A DNA stretch of 64,000 bases from Styela clava (taxonomy: Eukaryota). Both the position numbers and the translations under genes were made by a program. The notes below the pieces were generated by a model, which was given only the letters and a program-made list of their open reading frames with translations, had not been told where the DNA came from and searched no databases. Location: positions 8,804,001 through 8,868,000 of the forward strand of contig NC_135260.1 of the NCBI RefSeq assembly GCF_964204865.1, given 5' to 3'. Position 1 is the first letter of the stretch. The number at the start of each line of letters is the position of its first letter. Of this stretch, positions 54,019 through 64,000 are shown piece by piece.

Positions 54019-54724
54019 TTTGAAATTTTTTTTTTAATAAATTATATTTTAAAATCTGCAAAATACATTGCATAGTATGGTGTGTTCATACCTTGCTAAA
54101 CATAACAAGTTTGCCACGTTGCTGCTTCAATACACCTTCTACCATGTTATTTTCATAAACTAACAACCTAAATATTTTGTCTAATTAACATGCAAACTTG
54201 AGACCAACATATATGGAAAATTTATATTTGATATGTTTGAGCTATATTGACAAAAACATAAAATATCTGAAAAGCGTTGAGAGTCAAAATCCATTCTAAC
54301 ATCTTGTAATAAATCCCCCTTTGGTGCCGTTCAGTAATATGTGTGATTCTGCATAACCGTTTTGATTACTCAACATGCTGTGCTATATGCTCAAACCTAG
54401 CCATATATCTTTAAAAACCTTTTATATTGTTGATGAACATTTATTCTGAACTGATAGTGCGCGAATTTGTTTGAATAATTAAATTCGTTTTACGTAGATT
54501 ATGATTATAGGTCATAGACATTATGTATAAATATATGAAAGAGTTGGCAGCACTACTAGCGCGTTAAGAGGTCCTAATAAATATGTTTTTTAAGTAAGAC
54601 GATAAATATCACTTGACCTGAAAACAGTCATGGAATAATCAAGTGTGAATTTGAATTTGGGCAATTTTAAGCTATACTACAGTCAAGACTTGATTTGTAA
54701 ACCAATAAATAGATGATATCATAC

Positions 54725-57529
54725 ATCACACGCTAGTCCCCAAATTATTGGCCTTCCTACAAAAACAGCTTTAGCACCCAAAGCAATTGCTTTTGCGACG
54801 TCTGTTCCTTTACGAATTCCACCATCCAAGTAAACATCACATCTACCATTCACTGCTTTCACTACTTCTGGTAGCGAATCAATCTAAAACAGAGTTTAAA
54901 ACGATATAATCCATACACGACTAGGCTGGTGGGAATGCATACTATGACTCAAATATATATATCAACCATAACGGGAACGACACATTCGAGGAAAAACTGA
55001 TTTTTCACAAACTGAGAAAATTTATCAAGTAATGCATACTTACTGTTGAAAAAGTACTGTCTATCTGCCTTCCTCCGTGATTTGAAACAATTATTCCATG
55101 AACGTTGTGTTTGAGTGCTTCAAGGGCCATTTCCTCTGAAGATCGACGAAGATTCATAATATGTTCATGAAAAAGAACAAGAACCTCCGCCCAACACGTA
55201 ACCAGTTTTACGATAGAAGTATGTATACAATATTTTTAATAAAAAACGTTCATTGGTCGCTGTGAAATATGGTGGCTAACCTGTTAATATTCCTTTGACG
55301 ACCACCGGTAACTTTGTAATGCTCTTTAGCCAGTCCAAGGAATCCCATCGCGCACTACCATTTAAACACTCATCCATTATCAGAGGTTCCTGCCTTCCGA
55401 TTGCTTTCCATGATTCAGTCAAGTTTATAAGTCTGAGAGCAATTAATTTTAGTTTTTTATAAACAAACGCTCAGGTTGTATTATTGCTGTTGTTCCCCCC
55501 AAAAGAGAAGAATCTGAGCGTAATCCCGATCCTTCAAGGGCAGTAATGACTACTTTTCAACATTTTTTTGAACATTTCACTTGACATTTGGTATAATTCA
55601 TTTAATATTCGGCTTCAATTTTGTTGACATTGCTATGGCTCTACTATTCATTTGATCTTCGTGCCTATATATTTGATCATTGCCTTCTTGTTTTCCGAGT
55701 CCGAGATCGGCTCGACTTGTAACAGCGGAAATTACACTAACCCAATTTCGTGTACATGTGACGTGTCAGCATGTTTTCCGTCAGGTGTTCTGTTTATCCT
55801 CTTTCCAAGTACTGGTTGATCAATTGTTACTACGAATCCTGTGAATCCACATTTCTCAGCTCGTTTGACCAAGTGTTCGACCATTTCACGGTGCTTAAAC
55901 AAAATAATGGCATAAAAAATATTACTCATCTTTTTGTCTTTATATTAAATATAGTAGTTATAAAATTAAGAAATCTCAAATTAAGAAAGAAAATAAAGTT
56001 TTGAAGAATTTTAATTATTATATACAGTATAATATAGCCTATATGTTTTGTTTTATCATGTCTACATATGAATTGTTGTCACCACTCAGCAACCGATGCT
56101 CTTTTTGGTTCCTTGTCTACCTACAATGCAATAATTTTATAGTTATTTTGACATTGATTATTTGCCAACATCTATGATTCAGAGTAACCCAGAGTTTACA
56201 TAACTCAAAAAGGTAATACGAAACTCTGACATCGAAGTATCAGCTGGGTGCTTCTGACTGGTACTCGAGTCAGCTACCGAAACTATTCTTCTCATACCAT
56301 TCTTGACACCATTGTTCTGCTTCCAGTCTTTGTGATTGCATTATACTCAATAGCCTATATTTCCAAAATTGGCCAAAGCGTATGAAATAAAATTACAAAC
56401 CTTGAGAAATTGAAGATGGCACCATCGCAAACATCCCGGAACTTTCGTAGAAATCTCTTCATACGTCCTAGTGCTCACTAAGCTCTGTACATATCCAGTG
56501 CGAACAGCTTCGGCAGCTGGAACGGAAAAAGTATTTAAAAACGGAAAAGTAGTAAAATTCATCAGATTATGTTACTTTGAGCGGTTATCGGGAAAGCTTA
56601 TGTTATTTAGAGGACAAGTTTTGCTACTTTGTGTTTTTTTCATTAACTACATAACATTACATAATATGTAAATATACTAGTGATATATAAAATTTTTATA
56701 TATATCAAAGTTTTTTTTTTCAGAGATAAATCAGGTATGTGGTTTTAAATATCGTTAGGATAGCATAGTTTGACGTTTCTCCTATAAAATACTGCAGCAT
56801 TCTGCTGGCGCTACCTGGCCTTCCTGGCGCTACCTTGTGCTGTAGAAATTTCTGCGTCGGCTGTTGCTAAACAATGGAAGGCTGTTGGTGCAATGCAAAT
56901 AGGGAAAGGAATCTTTGATCCTAATACCGTCGTTGAAGTATCAACTTCTGAGACGTCACGCAAAAGACGGGGTCGAAATTTCCACCTGAACACACGTATT
57001 TTACTATTGGTTTTCTTATCCTCAAAATGTCGTATGACTCTTATTTTAAATAAAAAAATGTTGTGGGAACGCCTGCCGTGTTGATAATGACGTTATTGAT
57101 TTGCTCGTTGGTATCATTTTTTTATCAAAGCAAATTATTTCATCAGGACTTGAGTGTTCTAAATTAATTCGAGATTCTTGTCGTGAGCCTAAATTATTTA
57201 GGTTTTCATGATTTCAGAGACCTATTTTTTGTATCAGCGTATTTTCCAATTTAACGATTCAGCATCATATTTTCCGAATATTCATAAATTATTATGTCCA
57301 TCGTGCTAAAGTGAAATTTTCTTAGTTACAATATTATTTTTGTGCATAGGGCCGCTAAATATACAGGAAAAAAATTGTAAAACTTTACTAACTTTTTATA
57401 TGCTTTACAATTTTCTTTGACTGTTTCATGTCCTACTGCACCTCCATTATAAAATGCCAAATTTTCGGGGGGAATTTTTTGGGAAGCTAACTTTGCAAAG
57501 TCTTCTACGCATTTTAATTGCTCATACAT
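54725..57529 (-). pseudogene. HAO-like copy 4, exons 1-7 only (3'-truncated by the duplication breakpoint at ~54410)
   Basis: Near-identical to copy 3; identity stops inside intron 7; no exon 8 or 9 sequence follows. Confidence 0.85.
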
Positions 57530-59525
57530 AATGTGATAAATAACAAAATTAACTGCAAATTAATGACATAAAGCACACTGCAAAAATATTTTCAACTTTA
57601 TTCTCGTTGCCTATAATATATATTGCCCACATCCACATTGTAAATTATCGCTCTGTAGTTTACAGTCTACAGTCCTAGTATTTGGCTGGATTAGCCTATA
57701 TTCACTCGCTGTATGTCGCCATCGGGACATGAGACAAAGGAAATTAGAGTTGACGTTCTTGAAAAAGGCCCTCGTTTAACAAATTGCTGCGTTCTGCAAA
57801 ATATAACAGATACACAATTGTTTATATATATAACCTATATTGACCCCCGATTTGTTTAAATTGTACTCATAAATTCTATATTTCGCCTTGACAAAACCAA
57901 GTTGCAAGTGCAGTATAGGCTATATTATACTGGTTAGGGTATATATTTTGATCAGTAAATGAAAGCTCACAATATTTTTACAGCGCTGATCTTTGCTACA
58001 CCTAAACAAACCATTAACCGCTCAAGCCATATTGTACTCCAAACTGTCAGCTTGTACACGGGTTATCAATACTGTGACGTTAGCAACTTCACGAACTTGA
58101 TGACGACTCAATGCGTGACGCAGACAAAATGAATTGTTGATATATATACACTAGACTAGAGCAATCATTATGTGCAAAAAAAATTTTCATGTGTGAATAT
58201 TAAAATAGTTGGAGCCAAAATGCATTGAAAAAACACCAAAAGCATTTTGTGGACTATTGTAACAACCACCGATTTAAAGAAAGTTGATATTAGTTTAATA
58301 CAATAATAATACCGTCCATTGTAGGCCTATAATTTCTGACCCTCCGCCAAAGAATTCTTCCGCCAAATACGTTCAATCACGGGTCACGCTCAATACAAAT
58401 ATTGTGAAAGAACATAATTGGCCGGAAAACAAGTCGAAGTAGGTGCATTTTTGTTTCGAAATTTCAATCAAGGGGCTTTCATTTCCATATTATTCAGAAC
58501 TACTATATCCTGCATACGGGCAATACGGTCGCACGTCGATAACCAGTCAAAAAGGTTGCATTGCATCAGTAACAGTGTGAAGTGTATAAAGAAACGTAAA
58601 ATTCACTGACGTAAAGTAGAATATTTGACTTGTAAATTATTCGCATTCAATATTACATTGTGCTTAAATCAGAGGTCACATTTATAACTTGGAAACTACA
58701 AGCTATAGTGTCATGGCTAGAACATAGGAAAATGCTTCAGAAAATGTTGTAAACACGATCGGGGTTTCAGGGTTAGGTTTCAAGCTACAAATTAGCAACA
58801 TATATTTTTTAACAAAAATTTAAAAGTTTGTCCGATGCATGATTAAAAATTTGCAGAATGAATCTTGCATGATGCCAATGACGTTCATCTTCTTTTCAAC
58901 AGTTTGTTTATTGCAGTTGTTGGTTTTACTTTTAGACCTTCAGATAGGCAGGCCAGTGGTCTAAACTTTGAGCTTTCTCGGTTTGTTCCGAAAAGTAATA
59001 GGGCTCCAATATATTCCCGTCAAAGTAGTGACTTAGGTATGTCCGATTTAACAGCTTTGTGATTGTGAACAGTTTCAACCATACTATTGAAAACTTATAT
59101 ATATGGGGCCAGACGGTTACAATCAATCAATTTTCACATGATTTTGTGAACGAAAATACAATAATGCTTCGTAAATACTAAAAAGGAAATTATCTTTAAC
59201 CACTCCTTGTATGAGTGGATGCAAAGACTGTCGAATTGTGGAAAAAATAATAATGCTCGTGTTCTAGAATATAACGGTATTGCACATTATCGTTAAGCGA
59301 CTCTGGAATTATTATATTGAGGGGTTCAAAACATGAATTATTTTTGTTGGTTTGAGAAGCGAGACAAAGATTCAAGTTTGACACCGAATATTTTTTGTGA
59401 TACTGTTCAGCCATCAGTAATGTCCTATTTTAATAAAATATATATTTATATTTTATAAAAATATTTTGTTTCATTTTTACAGAACCAGGCTGCTGAACTA
59501 ACTATATACTGTATATTTCAAAAAA

Positions 59526-60709
59526 ATGAGATCATTTATAGCTTTGTTACTCATATGCAACATAAACGCTCAGAGTATGAATACCTCTGTAGTTTCCAGT
59601 ACAAAATGTGAAACTTGTGAGGTATCATGCAATACAGGGGAAGAGCCGGACTTATTCGTAAATAAGAGCGTTGAAATATGTTTGGGTCCAAATGGGAAAA
59701 GGGGTCGAGAGGGACCAATTGGAGAAGCTGGTGAACCTGGGCCTCCCGGAGAATCGTGTGGCTGCGAGAAATACGATGAATTATGGACGAAAGCACAATT
59801 TCTGAGGAAAATGTTGTTTGGTACGTTGTGAATATTTTTACTTCGTGTTACATAAAGTGTAAAATGTAGATCAAATTCTACAGCAACACGTTTTAAACAC
59901 GTATATATCCAATTTATTTTTTAGCGACGGATTCAGTATTTGAGTTATGATGACATTATTATTGATATACATGTAAAGTACAATGTTGTAAAATATAATA
60001 CCAAAATACTTGATTGAGAGCTCTTGTGCGGTCACTGTCAGTCTGTTCCTAGAAATTTTTATGCCAAGTTTTTCCAGGTACTTATAAATAGTATATGAAA
60101 TTTCTCACCATAATCTTGATGCTATTGGCACGAACTACTTCTAATTGTGTCCCCATATCCACTTTTATGTAATCTATAGTTGGCATCTTCCCAGCGATAG
60201 TTCGTGAATTCCTCTGGAGTGAATTTCTTTTACACATAAATGACTGTATCGATAATTTTCATATAATTCTTAGTTCCAAACAAAGACAATCAAAGTATCT
60301 ACCTCGTTGTACTTTCACAATGCATTGTTCTACATGTCCAGAGCCCCTGGAATAGAACTAATATAATGCAAGTCAAATGGTTGGTGTACTGTGTTGTCAA
60401 CGTAGGCTAGAATCTTGGAGTGGAAGCCCCATGTCCTTCTTCGACTAGCAAGCAATAAATTGAGTAATTAGCGAGTAATGTTGACGCTGTATGGACGTTT
60501 TTCAGCATTCAAAGAAAACGCCAAGTTGGATTTTCTTGTCTGGAAAAAAGCAAGCAACGGTTTGTGGTATCGTTTATTTGAAGACACCGCTACTTGGACA
60601 CAAGCAAAAGCAAATTGCGAAGCACAAAATGCGAGATTACCATCATCAGGAATGAGAACAAAATCAATAAGAAAGTAATTTGATACTGATATTGCATTTC
60701 TATTGGGCC

Positions 60710-60740
<31 letters not shown>

Positions 60741-61323
60741 CTTCTGTGTGGAATGCGAAGAATGTTGCCAAATTATACTCGAAGAGCAGTTAAAATGGGT
60801 TTTATATAATATTACAACCGTATGATTAGAATATTAACAAGTTGGGTCAGTGTGAATTTAATTTCAAAATATTTTCTAATCTTAGTGAATTTGATTTGAT
60901 ATCTAATTGCAGTATGCAAACATACTACCTGCATTGTGCAATCGATTAGGACAATGCCAGATACATGTCTCGTCATGTTGCCCTTCTAAGCATACCATAT
61001 TTACTAAATATCATCCTCAAAGTTATTTGTTAATTCGTGGATTTTTTTCTTCCAGAGAAGTTTTTGGTGGCATTCCAAACTCGATTGGTAATCTTTGGCT
61101 CGGATATAACGATATTGCTCGAGAAGGTAGATGGATTTGGTCAGACAACATTGTATTCCATAATTTCCATTGGCGTCGTGGAGAACCAAATAACGTTTGG
61201 GGGATGGAAGATTGCGCTCTTATGACTATAGAATCTCATGTTCGAGGAGAAATATCCTTAAATGATGTTCTCTGTACTAGTGAAGATTTGGTTTCTCGGT
61301 ACATCTGTGAGTATGTGCCATGA
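59526..61323 (+). CDS. Collectin-like secreted lectin copy B (signal peptide, Cys-rich region, 8 Gly-X-Y triplets, CTLD); exons 59526-59820, 60506-60674, 61056-61323; 243 aa
   Basis: GPNGKRGREGPIGEAGEPGPPGES; TWTQAKANC, LWLGYND...EG.W.WSD, WRRGEPNN, EDC, LNDV.C, YICE; exon lengths sum to 732 nt. Confidence 0.92.
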
Positions 61324-62162
61324 GGTTACTGCAGAATCATAACAGAATGATTTGATTTTTCGCAACATTACGTTCATTTTTCTTTTCATGTGTCGTGACA
61401 ATTGACAAATCTCCAATGCTATGACGTAGGGTTGGTAATTTCTTTTATAATTCAAGACTTGTCTAGCTCAAAACGTCAGACCTTAGCCATTACTTTTGTA
61501 GGGATCAGATATGTCTACATACAATTTGTTGACGTTACTATACTGGTATTTCTTTTTAATTCGACTGTTCATTCAAGGTTTATTCAATGTCGATTATAGG
61601 CCCTTCATTTCATTGTACATAGTTAATCATGACGGATTAGTGGTGATATTTTAACACACCAAATAAACCTAATGTGATTTATCGGCCCATTCATATTTGA
61701 ATTTAAGATGTAGATGCAATATAAGGATTTACTTAAATATTCGAATGCAGTGATTGATTTGTAATATTCTTAGGTTATGTATATTCCTGATTTTCTTAAA
61801 CTTGCCTTGATTTTAACATGAATAACACATTTTCTCAAAATCATCATGTTCATTTAATTTACATTCTAATAATTAGACAATGCTATATGAACTATAAGTG
61901 ACGGATACTTTATATATATAGGCTTTATGAGATACCTGCAATGTATAGCGCTAAGCATTACTATGAGCGACAACTAATTTCAATAAATTCGTACTAGTAT
62001 AGATTGTAATACATTATACTTACGGCTACGATTATTGTTTTGCAACTGTATGCTGTCCGATTATATACAACGTAATTTAATTAAACAAAGCTGTTATGAC
62101 GTAACAAGATTTGAATACACAAGCAGACGCATTGTTGCTTGGATTGTATGATTTCAGTGGTT

Positions 62163-63623
62163 TTATACAATTAACAAGACAGCCAACCCTAATAAAATCA
62201 AAAACATATCCGTCAGGTTTGCACTAGTTGCTGAAGATCCCCAGTTGTCTTGACAACTTTTGTATGCGTCAAAATCTACTTCCGTCATGGCGCATAATTG
62301 ATATTTTTGACATGTTTCATCACACTTTTTAAGGTTATAGGAAACTGAATTGTATAAGAAGTACTTGTTGAAAACTTCTGGACATGATGTTTTAATAGAT
62401 TCGCATCCTGAGCGCATGTTCAATGCTAAGTTTCCCCAAGAAACAGTAGATATATCGGGGATGTTAAAGGCTTCTGTCGCTGTGTATTCGAGTTCCCACA
62501 TGTCAGCTGCTTCGGATTGCGAGTCATTATTTGCCTTCGCTAAATCCAAGTAGTATTGTTGGTAATCCTGAGAAGGAGGCATATAATTATATTGTTTCAG
62601 ATCATTGGCTCTGACTAGGGCTGGGCATTTCAAATCAAATATTCGAATCGAATAGTAAATTATTCGAATCGATTTAGAGCAAAATTTCGAATCGCCGCCA
62701 TCTTGTTTTTTTCTTTTCTGCCAATTGTCGAGGTAAATTTCTCAATTCTTTTTATTGAAGCCATATTTTTTTAACACAATTCTGACATATGACTCTTTTC
62801 TGTAGTGATTTATTGATGAAAACAAGTATTTTATTGTGCGTGAACGCTCAGCAATCTGTCCAAGTGATGTATTTTACTTTTCCAGTAATTTATGTGTCTG
62901 GAGAACCCAATACAAGAAGAAAGTTACATACAATTATATATCTCCCAAGTATTCGAGATTCGATTCGAAAAAATTACTCGATTTGATTCTAAAATCATCA
63001 GGTATTCGAAAATGCCCAGCCCTAGCTCTGACACAAAGAGTGCCAACTGACACAATGAGTGTCAATAGTCAAAACATAATGGTAAAGTGGAGATTTACCA
63101 AGCATGCGGGCGAATTAAGCCATGGCCATGGTTATAGCCATGATGTTATAGCCATGTAGATTACTTCAGACGTCAGAGCTTACAGTTTTAACGAATTAAA
63201 CCATTAGCGCAAACAGAGGCTTGAAGCATCGTGCTCGAAGGTAAATATAATTCAATGATATGAATATAGTAAAACATTAGAAAAATTGTTAAAATGCGCA
63301 TAGAAATGATATTCATACATATGGTTTTCTTTGTTTACAAATTTCTTTTGCCTCCGCTTTGAAATTCAAAACACTAAATCGTCATTAAACGACGTAATAA
63401 CTTAGAAATCGAAAAAGAATCAGTCGGATATATTCATATTTAGGCCATGAAAATAAATAATATATTAGATATAATAAATATCAAACGAATTTAGAACCTT
63501 GAGATGCAGAGAATCTCTGTCGTACTCTATTAATCGAATTCCAGGATTGTTTGCACCGTCGTCAACTCCAGGCAGTGTTGTCATCCATGGAGTAATTCCA
63601 GGCGTCAGTAATACCGACGATAT
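62163..63623 (-). CDS. SMPDL3B: Acid sphingomyelinase-like phosphodiesterase, last two exons (63623-63498, 62567-62163); rest lies beyond the window
   Basis: TPGITPWMTTLPGVDDGANNPGIRLIEYDR|DYQQYYLDLAKAN...WELEY...CDETC...QLCA; hydrophobic GPI-signal-like C-terminus. Confidence 0.85.
62616..63024. mobile_element. hAT (Ac-type) MITE in the last SMPDL3B intron
   Basis: TIR TAGGGCTGGGCATTT/AAATGCCCAGCCCTA; perfect TSD GCTCTGAC; TTCGAATC subterminal repeats. Confidence 0.92.
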
Positions 63624-64000
63624 CTACAGTGGAAAAAATATACTTTCATCAAGTAAGTTGACATAAGCAGGAGTCTGTCAAAGCAGAACTAAAGAAGATA
63701 TTGTCTACTTTAAAATGTTAAAATTTAACTAAATACAAACACTCAGCCATAACCGCATCCAAGTGTTATACAAGCCAATTCGCAGTATTGATAAAAACTT
63801 TGATTGATAAACATTTGTTTCTTCATGATTGCAATGCAAATTAAACCTGTTATCGATGTGCTAATCAAATACTGTTGGATTGCTCAATTTTCACGATTAA
63901 ATAAATATGTGTCACGGGAGGGATCTAGTCATGGTGAACTACATTTATCCATTATGCTTTTAAAATATAAATGAGATTTACAAATTTAGCAGTACTGTAT

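Noticed and set aside
54410-61098. Copies 3 and 4 as uncollapsed alleles
   Set aside because: Not favoured because the unit has specific breakpoints joined to unique PDZ and Gypsy sequence; not excluded without read data.

Overview
AT-rich eukaryotic (metazoan, probably invertebrate chordate-like) genomic DNA with small GT-AG introns. Left to right: the 5' part of a pogo/Tigger-type transposase (- strand); an intact SLC52 riboflavin transporter and an intact galactocerebrosidase GALC (+ strand); a tandem array of four FMN-dependent alpha-hydroxy-acid oxidase (HAO-like) genes (- strand; three complete with 9 exons, the fourth lacking exons 8-9); two collectin-like genes (short collagen plus EPN-type C-type lectin) head-to-head with HAO copies 3 and 4, the first truncated; a Ty3/Gypsy retrotransposon with open gag and pol; an orphan two-exon PDZ-LIM (ZASP/PDLIM-like) fragment; and the 3' end of an SMPDL3B-like gene (- strand). 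Many hAT, MULE-like, TA-target and Helentron-like non-autonomous elements are present, several with readable TSDs. Most notable: (i) all HAO copies keep the FMN-binding and catalytic His machinery but replace the substrate-binding Tyr/Trp residues, the three complete copies lack a PTS1, and their lid loop is diverging quickly; (ii) the Gypsy element has no TSD and bridges a collectin exon and a PDZ-LIM exon at the junction of a recent tandem duplication. Exon coordinates were read by hand; reference residues are recalled, not aligned computationally.
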